DNA of 64,000 nucleotides, taken from assembly GCA_963691875.1 (NCBI GenBank), contig OY829846.1, forward strand, positions 256,001 to 320,000, written 5' to 3'. Position 1 is the first letter of the stretch. Every line of letters starts with the position of its first letter. The notes beneath the pieces are model-generated. The model had not been told where the DNA came from and ran no database searches. It saw only the letters and a program-made list of their open reading frames with translations. Shown here in pieces: positions 40,166-51,841 of the stretch. The position numbers were made by a program, and so were the translations under genes. This DNA is from Aureliella sp. (lineage in GTDB: Bacteria; Planctomycetota; Planctomycetia; Pirellulales; Pirellulaceae).

Positions 40166-40906
40166 CTAAGATCGGCTGAAAGCCAGCCGGTGAATGACTT
40201 GTATGGCACCGACGGCATCGGAAAGGCTCAGCTTGCTCTCGCCAGCATGCCTACAATCGAAGACAATCGGAACTTCACCGAACTCCGCCTTCCTTTTTCG
40301 AAGTGCTACCAAGATCTCCTCCAAGAATCCGTAGCCTGGGCAAGTGAGTTTGGCAAGGTTCAGTTCTTGCAGCTTGCTAACTCTATAACAGCGGAATGAA
40401 CCGCTGCAATCAGAAAGTGGCAATCTAAGCATTCGAGTGGCGTAGAGGTTAAGGAAGCGGCTGATCAGCTTTCGATGAGGTGCTAAACCAGGGGAACCAC
40501 CACCGGGCCGATAGCGTGTGCCAGCTACCATGTCCAAATTGTCATGAATCGTCTTCTTCAGAAGTTGTGGAGCTGTGGCAGGATCGTGACTGTGATCCGC
40601 ATCTAAATTGATCAGAAAATCGTATTCGTGCTCGAGACACCAGCTGATCGCATCACGCAGTGCGGTTCCAAGTCCGAGCTTGCCGGGACGCTGGAGCAGG
40701 TGTAGCTGCGAGTTGTTTTCTTGGGTGTCACGCACCCAGTCTGCAGTGCCATCCGGAGAACTGTCATCTACAACCAAAACATCTGCATCTGGCAGGTGTT
40801 CGAGTAACCCTAGCACCATCGTTGGGATGTTTCCCAATTCGTTGTAAGTGCATAGCACGACAAGCACTCGCGTTGCGGCATCGGACGCTGGTTGGCTTAT
40901 CGTCAT
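40166..40906 (-). CDS. Polyprenol monophosphomannose synthase-like GT2 glycosyltransferase
   Basis: TYNE; VVDDSSPDGT; GKLGLGTA; DADHSHDP; DCSGSFRCY; GESKLS. Confidence 0.88.
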   Translation of the reverse strand: MTISQPASDAATRVLVVLCTYNELGNIPTMVLGLLEHLPDADVLVVDDSSPDGTADWVRDTQENNSQLHLLQRPGKLGLGTALRDAISWCLEHEYDFLINLDADHSHDPATAPQLLKKTIHDNLDMVAGTRYRPGGGSPGLAPHRKLISRFLNLYATRMLRLPLSDCSGSFRCYRVSKLQELNLAKLTCPGYGFLEEILVALRKRKAEFGEVPIVFDCRHAGESKLSLSDAVGAIQVIHRLAFSRS

Positions 40907-41004
40907 AGGATTTCGTTGCGAACGCCTAATGGCTGACGGCAAGGGACAGTGCAGCGGTTTCCAGTGAAAGAGGCATTCTGGCGAAGTCCACTACTGAATC
41001 AGTT

Positions 41005-43845
41005 CTACTTTACGACAATATTCACGAGGCGGCCGGGAACGACTATAGTTTTTACTATAGTTTTGCCGGCTGTCAGCTCTTGGAGACGCTGATCGGCCAT
41101 AGCCAACTTCTCCATCTCATCCTTGCTGCATTCTGCAGGCACAGTCATTCGACCTCGGACTTTCCCGTTTACTTGCAAAGGAACTTCAACTTCCGCACTC
41201 TTGGTGGCGGACTCGTCGTACTGCGGCCAACCTTCATAGGCCAAAGATCCTTCATGTCCTAAGATCGACCACAACTCTTCTGCCAAGTGTGGAGCCATCG
41301 GGGAGAGTAACAAAATGAATTGTTCCAATGCCGCACGAGGACGAACTTGTTGCTTAGTAAAGAAGTTGACAAACTCCATCAAGCGAGCAATCGCCGTGTT
41401 GTTACTCATCGTCTCCAAATCACTTGTAACTGCTGCAATGGTCTTGTGGAGAACTTTATTTTGCTCTTTGTTGCATTCGACGTCTTGGATGGAATCAAGC
41501 AATGCAACATCGTCGGCTTGATAGTCCACAAACATACGCCAAACACGGTCTAAGAAATTCTTAACACCGCTGACGCCAGACATGCTCCAAGGTTTGGTTG
41601 CCTCTAACGGACCCATGAACATCTCGTACAACCTCAAGGCGTCGGCACTGTAGTCTCGGACAATCTCATCCGGATTGACCACATTGCCGCGACTCTTGGA
41701 CATCTTGTATGCCCGGCTGTCGACGCGAATTGATTCGTCGGACGTCAAGACAAAGGAATCGCCTTTCTTGGTGACGTCTGCTTCGTCAACCGAGACGGAA
41801 GTTACCTCTTCACCAGACGCTTTGTTGACCAACTTGCCTTCTTCGTTCTTCTTGAGTTGCTTGAAGCTTATCCATTGGTCGTGCAATTTGTAGCCCGTGT
41901 ACTCGACGTTGCCCAAGATCATGCCTTGGTTGACCAACTTTTGGAAAGGCTCTTGGCTGCTCACATGGCCGCGATCGTACAAGACTTTGTGCCAGAATCT
42001 CGCGTACAACAAGTGCAAGACCGCGTGCTCGGCGCCACCGACGTATAAGTCGACTGGCCCCCACGCTTTCTCTTTTTCAGGAGCGACAAATGCTTCCGTG
42101 TTCTGCGGGTCGATAAATCGCAAGTAGTACCAGCACGAGCCAGCCCACTGAGGCATCGTATTGGTCTCTCGGCGATAACGCCTGCCGTCCCGTTCTACAT
42201 ACAACCACTCGTCGGGCGACTTGCCAAGTGGAGGTTCCGGTTTGCCATGTGGCTTGTAGTCTTCCAAGTGTGGCAAGTCGACAGGCAACTCGCTCTCGTC
42301 AACTGCTCGTATTGCACCAGTTAGATTTCCGTCGTCGTCTAACTCGTGCAAAATCGGGAAGGGCTCGCCCCAGAAACGCTGTCGACTAAACAACCAGTCT
42401 CGCAGCTTGTAATTCACTGCTTCGTTGCCTGTTCCGCCAGCGGCGAGTTGTTGTGTAATCTTCGGCTTCAGTTCTTTAGTTGTCGTTCCGTTGAACTCAC
42501 CAGAGTTCACCGCGACGCCCACGCCGACAAAGCACTGGGTGCCGGACAATACCGCTTCGCGATCAGCTTCCCCATGCTCAGTGCCAGGGTCGACGACTGC
42601 AACTATCGGCAAATCAAATTGCTCAGCGAACTCGTAGTCCCGATTGTCGTGGCAAGGAACGGCCATGATGGCGCCCGTTCCATAGCTAGCCAAGACATAG
42701 TCAGCGACCCAAATCGGAATCGGCTTGCCATTCACCGGATTGATGGCATAAGAGCCGGTGAATACACCGGTCTTCTTTTTCGAATCGTCCTCGGTGCGTT
42801 CGCGATCGCTCTTAAAAGAGGCAGCTTGGCAGTATTGAGCTACCGCTGACTTCTGTTCTTCAGTTGTCAATTTTGGCACAAATTTATGTTCGGGCGCGAT
42901 AACCATGTAGGTTGCACCAAACAACGTGTCGGGGCGCGTCGTGTAGATCCGCAAGAAGGCTTCGTCCAACTTCTGTGGCATTCCGGATTCAGCGCGACTC
43001 GCCTTCCAGTCTGTGAAGTCGGCCTCCGCACCCAGGAAGAAATCGACTTCCGCACCGGTACTGCGACCGATCCAGTCTGCTTGCAGTTTCTTGATACCTG
43101 GGGACCAATCCAAGTCCTCCAAGTCACCCAATAATCTTTCGGCATAGGAAGTGATACGCAACATCCACTGTCGCAGTGGAATGCGTTGCACTGGATGGTC
43201 GCCGCGCTCGCTCTTGCCATCAATGACTTCTTCATTGGCCAGGACAGTTCCCAAGTTCGGGCACCAGTTGACCAAGGCGTCATCCTGGTAGGCCAAGCGG
43301 AATCCATCACGATACTTCGCGACTGCATCCTCGCCCTGGGCCTGAACTTTATCTGGAATCGGCAACTCCGAAATTGGCCGACCTTTGTTCTGCTCAGGAT
43401 CGAACCAAGTATCGAACAACACCAAGAAGATCCACTGCGTCCACTTGAAGTACTCGACATCTGTGGTGGCCAGAACGCGATCCCAATCATAGCTGAACCC
43501 AAGCATCTTCAATTGACGCGTGAACTCAGCGATGTTCTTCTCGGTCGAGACGCGAGGGGGCGTGTTGGTCTTTATGGCATGCTCTTCAGCGGGCAAGCCG
43601 AATGCATCAAAGCCCATCGGATGCAACACGGTCTTGCCTCGCATGCGGGCGAATCGGCAGACGATGTCTGTGGCCGTGTAGCCTTCCGGGTGGCCGACGT
43701 GCAAGCCTTCGCCACTCGGATAAGGGAACATGTCCAAAACATAGAGTTTCTCGCCCTCAGGCATTTCCGGAGTGCGAAAAGTCTTGTTTTCTTCCCAGTA
43801 CTTTTGCCACTTGGGCTCGATTTCAGCGGGATTGTATCTTGGCAT
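41005..43845 (-). CDS. leuS: Leucine--tRNA ligase
   Basis: [41 protein letters not shown]. Confidence 0.98.
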   Translation of the reverse strand: MPRYNPAEIEPKWQKYWEENKTFRTPEMPEGEKLYVLDMFPYPSGEGLHVGHPEGYTATDIVCRFARMRGKTVLHPMGFDAFGLPAEEHAIKTNTPPRVSTEKNIAEFTRQLKMLGFSYDWDRVLATTDVEYFKWTQWIFLVLFDTWFDPEQNKGRPISELPIPDKVQAQGEDAVAKYRDGFRLAYQDDALVNWCPNLGTVLANEEVIDGKSERGDHPVQRIPLRQWMLRITSYAERLLGDLEDLDWSPGIKKLQADWIGRSTGAEVDFFLGAEADFTDWKASRAESGMPQKLDEAFLRIYTTRPDTLFGATYMVIAPEHKFVPKLTTEEQKSAVAQYCQAASFKSDRERTEDDSKKKTGVFTGSYAINPVNGKPIPIWVADYVLASYGTGAIMAVPCHDNRDYEFAEQFDLPIVAVVDPGTEHGEADREAVLSGTQCFVGVGVAVNSGEFNGTTTKELKPKITQQLAAGGTGNEAVNYKLRDWLFSRQRFWGEPFPILHELDDDGNLTGAIRAVDESELPVDLPHLEDYKPHGKPEPPLGKSPDEWLYVERDGRRYRRETNTMPQWAGSCWYYLRFIDPQNTEAFVAPEKEKAWGPVDLYVGGAEHAVLHLLYARFWHKVLYDRGHVSSQEPFQKLVNQGMILGNVEYTGYKLHDQWISFKQLKKNEEGKLVNKASGEEVTSVSVDEADVTKKGDSFVLTSDESIRVDSRAYKMSKSRGNVVNPDEIVRDYSADALRLYEMFMGPLEATKPWSMSGVSGVKNFLDRVWRMFVDYQADDVALLDSIQDVECNKEQNKVLHKTIAAVTSDLETMSNNTAIARLMEFVNFFTKQQVRPRAALEQFILLLSPMAPHLAEELWSILGHEGSLAYEGWPQYDESATKSAEVEVPLQVNGKVRGRMTVPAECSKDEMEKLAMADQRLQELTAGKTIVKTIVVPGRLVNIVVK

Positions 43846-44439
43846 GATCGATTCAGATGTTTTCGAAGCGGGGATTCAGCCCTGAGGGCGTTCTCGGTCA
43901 CGAAGGGGTTCCGCCAAGAGTCTCGAAACAGCGAGTTCCGGCGAAGGATTTTAGGCGAGATCTTCTACACTGTGAGAACAACGCTAACCCTATGTTTTGT
44001 TCTCGATTTGAGCCAGTGGGGAACTTGAGAACAGGAGCTTGAAGCTTCAAAAAGGTTCGCGATTTTCGTTTGACTGGGCAGCAAACTACTTTTTGCCCGG
44101 GGTTCCGTCGACAAGCCACGCAACGACTTGGCGGAGAAAGTCTTGGTTGTGCGGCGAGGTTCCCGAGTTCCGGCCAAATCCACGACCTGAGCCAGAATTC
44201 CGCGCGGTGAACGTCGCTGCATCACCAAAAGCGGCGACTCGACGCTTTCCCAGCTTGCCACCCGCAACGACTCGCTATCTGGGTCTAGCCAAGTAAGCAA
44301 CCTTGGTTGTTCTGGCGAATTTCCTGGCTTGTTTTGGTTCGAGACTTCTGGCCGCTAGGCAACTCCAGTTAAGGAAGCCACTCTTTGGCCCCTGCGGAAC
44401 GCGGCGTCTGTGAAACATTCTACCTACTTTACCTCGTTC

Positions 44440-45040
44440 TAGAGGAAGGGCTTTCCCAGCTGCAGGTTCTTTAGCACCAAGCCGGAATCTATTTGGAAAG
44501 GTAGATTGCCAAGTTTCACTTTGCCGACTTCTTCACCTTCTACAACAGCGATTCCGTTGGACCAATCGTCTACGCCTAGCCACTTACCAAGTTCGCTGGC
44601 GGCACCTGGGAAGGGTATGTTGTCGGAGACAGTAATAGGCGCCCTCCGGCCCCAAACCACTTCATGAACGCGTCAATCTCCACTCCTTCAAAAGCAGAGG
44701 GCGTTGGCATGCTCCAATCGTCAGAATTCCGTTCTGACACAGCATTTGCGATCACTGGCAGATCCACATCTGCAAGTGTTTCTTCCGCACACGCTTGGTT
44801 TGGGACAGTTATGCGATAGCCGTCCGTCCCTAGCACTCTGCCCAATGCCGAGTAATGAACAACAGCAGTATGAAAGTTGTGATGAGCTTGATGCAATCTG
44901 AACCATTGTGCCGCCGCCACTTACCAATCGCAGCTCCATCGCAAGAGGTTTGAATTCCCGATCGGACATTTGCTGTGCAAATAGGAATGTTTGTGGTGCT
45001 ATTAAAACAAAGAGCGTGAAGTGCGGTAGTTTTTGCCATA
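44440..45040 (-). pseudogene. Frameshifted, truncated remnant of a DUF4350 / glutamine-amidotransferase-like exported protein
   Basis: Successive frames give AQQMSDREFKP / HQAHHNFHTA..YSALGRVLGTDGY..VIANA..WSMPTPSAF..W..GGRLLL / DNIPFPGAASELG, which read as one protein split by frameshifts. Confidence 0.6.
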
Positions 45041-45190
45041 AAGACGGTGAGACGTGACCGTCGGATGTCAATGCGGTCGGGAATCCGGCAGAAATCCCAG
45101 AGCAGATATCCTACACCCTCGGAATTCCTCGAAACACGCTTTCGGGCTCAAGCAGTGCTGGAATTCCCGCCACATTCGAACCCGTATACG

Positions 45191-45225
45191 AAAAAAGGCT
45201 GCTAGAACGATTGTCCTTGCAGCCT
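45191..45225 (-). terminator. Probable Rho-independent terminator of the DUF1571 gene
   Basis: On + strand: AAAAAAGGCTGC ... GCAGCCT, i.e. a hairpin plus T tract on the minus strand, ~30 bp after the stop. Confidence 0.7.
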
Positions 45226-45252
45226 CGCGTTGCCTGTCGTGTTACTTTTCGC

Positions 45253-46125
45253 TTAGAAGCGGTACTTCGGATTCTTCTGATCGAAGTCCTTGTCAGTTAG
45301 TCCGACATTCGTTTTCACGTTCATGTACGTGTACTCTTCGAGCAGTTCCTTTTTACCACCAACTGTCTTTGGCCAATCGAAGGCAGCATAGCGAATTGGA
45401 ATGTTCAACTCGTTGTCGATGAAGATTTGAGCTTCGCAGAAATCGTAGCAGGGTTTTCTGTCGCGGTGTCGAACCGTTAAGACTGTGCAGTCTCGTTTGG
45501 CGACCTTGGCACCTCGGCTGAACTGTACTTCGCAGGGGCCTGCCTTCTTATCTCGCTCGCCTTTTTCGATGAGCTTGACGACAAGGTTTTCGATTCCCAT
45601 TTCAGTAATCGGGTAACGCTGGCCTTTCATCGCCAAGATTCCAGTTGGATCGAGCGTTACTGTTGGCAGGAAGCGTCCTGTCATACCGCCTTCGTGAGCA
45701 ATTAAGTTGCCTTTATTCTCATTCTCGACATAGATGACTTCGCGCCCCTTTACTTCGTCGGGTCCCAGGAAAGTCAAATAGACACTGAATGGCACCTTGA
45801 CTTGGCCGGCGTCGACTTGGCGATTTCGAATCTTGGCTCCCATATATTCATAGTCGCCGAGTACACCGTTGACGCGTTCCCGTTTGACGACAATGGCCTG
45901 ATAGTCCTTGATGCTCGAACGTATGTTGGTGAGACTCGCGTAAGCCATCTTGAGGGCCGGGTCGAGTGCGTGCGGAGGTGCGACGCGTGGCTGAAAACCG
46001 GATCGTTCCTTTGTCGCAATGCGATCAGATGGACCTTCCTGGCCGAATAAGATGGGCGAGAAGAGGAGTGTTCCCCCAATGAGAGAACCTTGGGCCAAGA
46101 GTTTACGACGACTAAAATTTTGCAT
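45253..46125 (-). CDS. DUF1571 domain-containing protein, Tat-like signal
   Basis: MQNFSRRKLL; DYQAIVVKRERVNG; PFSVYL; GREVIYVE; QRYPITEMGIENL; LLEEYTY. GGAAGGGTG RBS-like sequence upstream. Confidence 0.85.
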   Translation of the reverse strand: MQNFSRRKLLAQGSLIGGTLLFSPILFGQEGPSDRIATKERSGFQPRVAPPHALDPALKMAYASLTNIRSSIKDYQAIVVKRERVNGVLGDYEYMGAKIRNRQVDAGQVKVPFSVYLTFLGPDEVKGREVIYVENENKGNLIAHEGGMTGRFLPTVTLDPTGILAMKGQRYPITEMGIENLVVKLIEKGERDKKAGPCEVQFSRGAKVAKRDCTVLTVRHRDRKPCYDFCEAQIFIDNELNIPIRYAAFDWPKTVGGKKELLEEYTYMNVKTNVGLTDKDFDQKNPKYRF

Positions 46126-46751
46126 GCTTTCACCCTTCCTGGGGAAATCCAACGGCTTGCTGGGCGGTGCGAGCAACGATTCATTCGCTGCCTCTAAAAC
46201 ACGCCACTGAGATTGGCTCAATGTTTAGTTCGGATAAGTCAGTAGCTCATCCTCAGTTTTCCCAAACATGCAGTCCTGACTCGGAGACTCCTGCCATGTA
46301 GCCCAGGCCGCACAGCTCGGATAACCCATAAGGTCCGAGGTTAGCATGAATGGATTCTTTGTAGATATGGCAATCCGCAGCTGTTTTTGAAAACTTGCCG
46401 CACTTTATTTGGCTTTGCTGTAGCGGCGGATGGTTCCTGTAGAGCGAAGATTGAGGATTTTTCCGGCTGTTTGGTGCCTCATGTACCGTTGGTGCTACTA
46501 CAGTCCGCAAAAGCGCTCGTCTTTCGCAAATCTTCGACTGCCGTTCATCCGGCGACGATACTCCCCCTGTAGATGACGTTGCCAGCATTTAGCAACCTGT
46601 CCGTATTCCCTCGTCGAGCGTTGGCCTGAGCCAGAGTCACTACCCCAACGCTGATCCACGATGAAGCGGAGGCCAGGTGTGCGAGTTGCTGAGTTTTTCT
46701 CGTCACTGTGGCAAGTTATCGAATACTCCCAAACCTAGGCACGCAATACTG

Positions 46752-47669
46752 ATGTCAGAAACGAATGAATTTCAAGACGAGAAGGAGGCAGTCAAGGAGG
46801 AACTGCGCGCCAGCCGTCGTAAGAAAAACCCAGCTGATACCACACCTCAATCTCCCCTTGAGACTTATCTCCGCGAGATCAACGAGACGCCACTACTTTC
46901 TGCTGCCGAAGAGCAGGATCTTGCTCGGCGGATTGGCGGTGGAGATCCGATGGCACGAGATCACATGGTTCGGGCCAACTTGCGTCTCGTCGTTAATATT
47001 GCGCGTGGTTACGTCGGAAAAGGCCTTGGTCTTCAAGATTTAATCGAGGAAGGCAACTTGGGATTGCTCCGGGCCGTTGAGGGCTTCGATCCTAACGTTG
47101 GCACGCGTTTCAGCACCTATGCGAGTTACTGGATCAAGCAGTCGATCAAACGAGCTTTGATCAACTCGGCGAAAACGATCCGCATTCCAGCCTACATGGT
47201 TGAACTTCTAAGTAAGTGGCGGCGTGCCTCAGCTCGGCTTTCCGAAGAACTTGGGCGTTCACCGACTCAGGAAGAAGTAGGGCGAATCCTCGGATTGCCA
47301 CGCAAGAAGTTGCCAATCATTAAGAAGGCAATTCAGATTTACAACAGCACGCCACAGAGCGATCAGACCGATGCTGGTTGGTCTTTGGGCGAGATGGTGA
47401 TGGATGAGCGTCTGAAGGCTCCGGACGAGGAGCTGTTGGATCACGACGTATTGAGTACGGTTCTCGAGTTGCTTGAGAATCTGGATACTCGAGAAGCAAC
47501 CGTTCTGAAGATGCGTTTTGGACTTGGCGACTCGGAATCGCATACGTTGAAGGAAATCGGCAGCGAACTCGGGCTGACTCGCGAACGCGTTCGTCAGATC
47601 GAGACCGAGGCACTAGCCAAGCTGGCTGACGGCCTGCGTGATCCCAAAGAGCGGGCTGGATTGGTTTAG
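46752..47669 (+). CDS. RNA polymerase sigma-70 factor, RpoD/RpoS-like (lacks region 1.1)
   Basis: YLREINETPLL; ANLRLVVNIAR; DLIEEGNLGLLRAVE; RFSTYASYWIKQ; TLKEIG..LTRERVRQIE. Confidence 0.95.
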   Translation: MSETNEFQDEKEAVKEELRASRRKKNPADTTPQSPLETYLREINETPLLSAAEEQDLARRIGGGDPMARDHMVRANLRLVVNIARGYVGKGLGLQDLIEEGNLGLLRAVEGFDPNVGTRFSTYASYWIKQSIKRALINSAKTIRIPAYMVELLSKWRRASARLSEELGRSPTQEEVGRILGLPRKKLPIIKKAIQIYNSTPQSDQTDAGWSLGEMVMDERLKAPDEELLDHDVLSTVLELLENLDTREATVLKMRFGLGDSESHTLKEIGSELGLTRERVRQIETEALAKLADGLRDPKERAGLV

Positions 47670-47962
47670 GACAGCCAAGGGCTTGTGCCCGACCGAGTGG
47701 CGTTACCTTTCATCCTTGCGGCCTCGCGTCTCTACGGGACTATCACAAAAGAACGAAACCGCGTGCGGAGACGCGTTGGGGCTGAATGGGCAATCTAGTG
47801 TTTTAAATTCGTGAGCCGTCCGTGCTAGCCGGGCCAGGATTTTCTTGGTTCAGCCCGGAGCGTTTATGGCTCACTTCGGTATGTGAAGCGATGATAAATG
47901 CTGGTTGGGCAGAGATGAGGTTTGGCCAGACGGGAATTGTTTCTTTTGCCAATTCTGGTCGG

Positions 47963-49063
47963 CTACTGCTTCAAATGCTTGTCGAAGAATTTCACGCAAC
48001 GCTGGACTAACTCTTGGGGCGGGTCTTTAGCACCACCAAAACCGTGACCTCCGCCGACGACTTTGTAGAGTTCTGATTCGACTTCGTGCGCTTCCAACGC
48101 AGCATAAAGTAGCTCGCTTTGATTGAAGGCAACGAGCATGTCTTTGTCTCCGTGCATTAGTAGCATGGGCGGATCCCCTGCACTGACGTGAGTGATCGGA
48201 TTAGCTTGAGCTACTTTGTCCTTGCTTTCTTGAATGGGACCGCCGATGAATCGCGATTCGGGCGAGTCAGGAGCATCGTGATCAATATTGCTCGGGAAAT
48301 CATTCATCCTCAAGAAGTCTGAAGGTCCGTACCAATTGCATACTGCCTGAACCGCCGGCGACGCTTGCTTGCAAATCGGGTGCGTGTTGAAATCCTCGAT
48401 ATCGTTTGTTGTTCCCATCAAGGCCACCAAGTGTCCGCCAGCGGAACTTCCCCACGCACCGAATCGCTCTGGATCTAGGTTGTGCTTCTTGGCATTCAGA
48501 CGCAAATAGCTGACCGCGGCTTTGCAATCTTCTATCGCCGCAGGAAAAATCGCTTCGCCGCTCAAGCGGTACTCAACAGAAGCCAAAGCGTAGCCGTGAG
48601 CCAGTAACGCTTTGCAGCGTCCGAGCCCATTCTTCGAGCCACTTTTCCAGCCGCCGCCGTGAATCCAAATAACGAGGGGTAAAGGCTGCTTGGCCTTCTC
48701 TGCTCCCTCTGGCAAATAGAGATCTAGCGGAAGCTTGCGATCGCCGACGGTTTCATAAGTCAGATCGCGATGAACGGTCGTCCCCTCCGGTATTCCGCCT
48801 CGGGTTCTACCTTGACGCAGTTTACTTAGAAAAGCCCTATCTTCCTCCCGAGAAATCTTACCATCTCCGTTTCGGTCTGCGGCTTCGAAATTCCTGGCTG
48901 GTAGTTGCTTTGGAAATTCTGCCCTAGTCACAAAGCCGTTCCCATCCTGGTCCCATTTGTCGAAGGTGGACTGTTTCGAAGACTGTGCATTAACGTTGCA
49001 TGCGACAAGGCAAATCCCGGTTGCGAGCACCATCCTTGTGAATTGCTTTGATCGTGAAGCCAT
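47963..49063 (-). CDS. Alpha/beta hydrolase (esterase/lipase) with N-terminal EF-hand pair, secreted
   Basis: DQDGNGFVTRAE and DRNGDGKISREE EF-hand loops; HGGGW; GSSAGG; HGDKD; GGGHG. Confidence 0.9.
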   Translation of the reverse strand: MASRSKQFTRMVLATGICLVACNVNAQSSKQSTFDKWDQDGNGFVTRAEFPKQLPARNFEAADRNGDGKISREEDRAFLSKLRQGRTRGGIPEGTTVHRDLTYETVGDRKLPLDLYLPEGAEKAKQPLPLVIWIHGGGWKSGSKNGLGRCKALLAHGYALASVEYRLSGEAIFPAAIEDCKAAVSYLRLNAKKHNLDPERFGAWGSSAGGHLVALMGTTNDIEDFNTHPICKQASPAVQAVCNWYGPSDFLRMNDFPSNIDHDAPDSPESRFIGGPIQESKDKVAQANPITHVSAGDPPMLLMHGDKDMLVAFNQSELLYAALEAHEVESELYKVVGGGHGFGGAKDPPQELVQRCVKFFDKHLKQ

Positions 49064-49421
49064 CTTGTTCTCTGGGGATTTGAAGCGTGTTTGCCTTGGT
49101 CTGCCAGCTATTGGAACCCAGGCGACAGAGTAATTCAAGATACGGAATTACCTATGCCACCCATCTTGGTGAGAAACTCTGGTACAATCCCTCGTTTCCT
49201 GCAGAGGAGCTTGACCGGCCAGATTCGCCTCTGGGGGGAGCAGTTTAGATGTTTCGAATTTTTCTGAAATCCTTTGTAAGGCATCTGCTAGCCGTTCGTC
49301 TCTCAGGGTAGAGCAGGTGTTGGTGAACGCTGTTGCCGTGTTGTCCGCGACTCTTTGGGTTGTTATCGCTGCTATTTTGTCGCTGCTATTGATCCTCGAC
49401 CTTGATTAAGGAAGCCACCCG

Positions 49422-50954
49422 ATGCTGGCCAAGCTAAATACGCTTTCGTTGCTAGGCATTGATGCGCCATTGGTCGAGGTGGAAGTGGATGTATCCTCTT
49501 CGCCACTGCCTAAGACAATGTTAGTGGGCTTACCCGAGCAGGCGGTGAAGGAGAGCATTCATCGGGTAGAACGTGCGATCGTCAATAGCGGATTCATGCG
49601 TCCGAGCGATCGAGTTGTCATTAACCTGGCTCCAGCAGAACTTCCGAAGCAAGCGGCATCCTTTGATTTGCCGATTTCACTGGGGATTCTGGCTGGCAGT
49701 GGGCAATTTCAGTCTGATTGCTTTCATCAGTATGCCGTCGTAGGCGAGCTTGCTCTCGAAGGTCACACGCGACCGGTCAAAGGAGCTTTGTCCATGGCCA
49801 TGGCCGCTCGAGACGCGGGCTATCGCGGAATTTTAGTGCCGCAAGAGAACGCATCTGAAGCGGCTGTGGTTTCAGAGATCGACGTCATTCCGATTTCAAC
49901 CTTGACCGAGGCAGTTGGTTTCTTTGCCGGAACGGTGCAGCTCGATCCTCAGCCTTCGCGTTTGGAAGAATTATTCGAGGAGTACAGCAACTATGAATCA
50001 GACTATGCCGACGTGCGTGGCCAAGAAGTAGCCAAGCGAGCTTTAACCTTGAGTGCAGCTGGCGCGCACAACTTATTGATGCTGGGTCCACCGGGTTCAG
50101 GCAAGACGATGTTGGCGAAGAGGCTGCCTTCGATTCTGCCGCAGCTGACTGCTGAAGAGTCGATTGAAACAACCCGCATCTATAGTTCATTAGGGCGATT
50201 GCAGGCGGGGCAGCCGTTGATGGCTCAGCGACCGTTTCGCTCACCGCACCACACGATCAGTAATGCAGGATTGGTGGGCGGAGGAAATCCGCCTGCTCCC
50301 GGTGAGATCAGTTTGGCGCATCATGGCGTTTTGTTTTTGGATGAGTTGCCAGAGTTTGACCGGCGTACGTTAGAAGTAATGCGGCAGCCGCTGGAGGACC
50401 GGACTGTTACCATCTCTCGAGCACAACGTTCGACCACTTTTCCAGCTAATTTCATGCTGATCGCTGCCCTCAATCCGTGTCCCTGTGGATTTAGGACTGA
50501 TCCGCGTCGCAGTTGTTCTTGCAGTCAGCCGCAAGTTGAACGGTATATGCAAAGAATTTCTGGGCCGTTGTTGGATAGGATAGACATCCATATCGAAGTG
50601 CCCGCGGTGCCTTTTCAGGAGCTCTCTTCACGCGAAACCGGAACCAGCACCAAGGAAATGTGTGATGCAGTGCTGGGAGCTCGGACGGTTCAAGAACAAC
50701 GGTTCATTGGCAGCAAGATTCTTTACAACGCCCAGATGACGACTAAACAATTGCGGGAGCATTGCCAGCTAGATTCGATGTGCGGCAATTTGCTCCGCGA
50801 TAGCTGTAATGAACTTGGTCTCTCCGCGCGAGCCCATGACAAGATCCTTCGCGTCGCACGAACCATCGCTGACTTAGAATCCAGCGAATCGATTTCCGCG
50901 GTGCATCTACAAGAAGCCATCAACTACAGGATGCTCGACCGTGATATCTTCTGA
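49422..50954 (+). CDS. comM: YifB/ComM family Mg-chelatase-like AAA+ ATPase
   Basis: INLAPAEL; GPPGSGKT; PFRSPHHT; PGEISLAHHGVLFLDELPEF; NPCPCG; SGPLLDRID; ARTIADL. Confidence 0.93.
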   Translation: MLAKLNTLSLLGIDAPLVEVEVDVSSSPLPKTMLVGLPEQAVKESIHRVERAIVNSGFMRPSDRVVINLAPAELPKQAASFDLPISLGILAGSGQFQSDCFHQYAVVGELALEGHTRPVKGALSMAMAARDAGYRGILVPQENASEAAVVSEIDVIPISTLTEAVGFFAGTVQLDPQPSRLEELFEEYSNYESDYADVRGQEVAKRALTLSAAGAHNLLMLGPPGSGKTMLAKRLPSILPQLTAEESIETTRIYSSLGRLQAGQPLMAQRPFRSPHHTISNAGLVGGGNPPAPGEISLAHHGVLFLDELPEFDRRTLEVMRQPLEDRTVTISRAQRSTTFPANFMLIAALNPCPCGFRTDPRRSCSCSQPQVERYMQRISGPLLDRIDIHIEVPAVPFQELSSRETGTSTKEMCDAVLGARTVQEQRFIGSKILYNAQMTTKQLREHCQLDSMCGNLLRDSCNELGLSARAHDKILRVARTIADLESSESISAVHLQEAINYRMLDRDIF

Positions 50955-51198
50955 GCCAGTGAAGGTAGTTTGTCCGAGCTTGTGGAGGAACCACGGCAAG
51001 AATTACACATGAGAAATCTTAGTGGATTCATGCACTGGCTTGCGATGCTACTATCGGTTTTTGCTCCCTGTCTGCGCACGTTTAATTCGTTAGTCTTGAT
51101 TTGGATGAGTCTTATAGCGTGTGTCCAGTATGTCATTGGGGCTATTCATTTTTGTCGCGATTGCATGATGTCGAGTTGATGACACTCGGGAGACTGTA

Positions 51199-51795
51199 AT
51201 GTCAAACGTCTGGACCGTGCATCGAGAAGAAATTGAGAGTGGGTGCTTGATGAGGCACGAGATGCTTTGCGGTGGCGAGCCTTTCTCCTATCGCGATGTC
51301 CTTTAGGGGGCCGCGGATGCGGGGGTTCGTGGTTCCCTCACCGGCCTCTTGGCTAGATCGGCTTTTGGTGCCTTTCGCTAGGAAACGTCGGCGGTAAGTC
51401 TCAATGGCTTCGATGAAGCGTTTGAGTTCGTCCTGATCGATACCCATTCCTGCGCTGGGAGGGCAACGGATGCGAGGACTATTAAGCAGTACTTTAACGA
51501 CTTATAGAAGAATGCGGGTGTGATCGCGTTCCCCAGTCTTCGAGGCGATAGTTGGATGGTTTTTACGTCACCTCGGATGGGGCTCAATGCTTGTGGACTT
51601 CTGGCGGCCTTTGTGCGTGGGGCGCCAACAGAGCACGTTGACGCATTATGGCAGTTGCTGGTAGAGCAAGCAGAAGAGCGTTTGGGTGCGAAGAAAATCT
51701 GGCTTATTATTGCGGTTGGCATAGCAGCTTGTTTGCATGCCAGAACTGATTCCCGCCCAAAGTACTAACATTTCGAGCCGTATAAGAAGCAACGA
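51199..51795 (+). pseudogene. Decayed hypothetical gene (DUF6940-like) with four in-frame stops
   Basis: Single frame from ATG 51199: ...SYRDVL*...AFGAFR*ETS...FEFVLID...DL*KNAGVIAFPSLRGD...LAAFVRGAP...LHARTDSRPKY*HFEPY. Stops at 51304, 51379, 51505 and 51766. Confidence 0.65.
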
Positions 51796-51841
51796 AAGTT
51801 CCCGCTGAGACGCTTAGTCCCTCTTTTCCGATCGGGTTCCA

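Noticed and set aside
43186..44028. 280-aa plus-strand ORF
   Set aside because: Antisense to leuS with no recognisable motifs; 38027-38713 and 28915-29700 are similar antisense shadows.
43850..44440. T-box or attenuator upstream of leuS
   Set aside because: No T-box consensus or clear terminator/antiterminator pair seen.
47720..47785. Inverted repeat CGCGTCTCT...GGAGACGCG after the sigma factor
   Set aside because: Large loop and no T tract; cannot be called a terminator or ncRNA.
26500..51507. Genome-wide TAG recoding (five in-frame TAG codons seen)
   Set aside because: Intact genes end normally at TAG (e.g. 15290, 37714, 47669, 56210). The internal TAGs appear to replace different residues (Gln/Lys-like versus Trp), and internal TAA stops also occur. 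This fits decay better than recoding.
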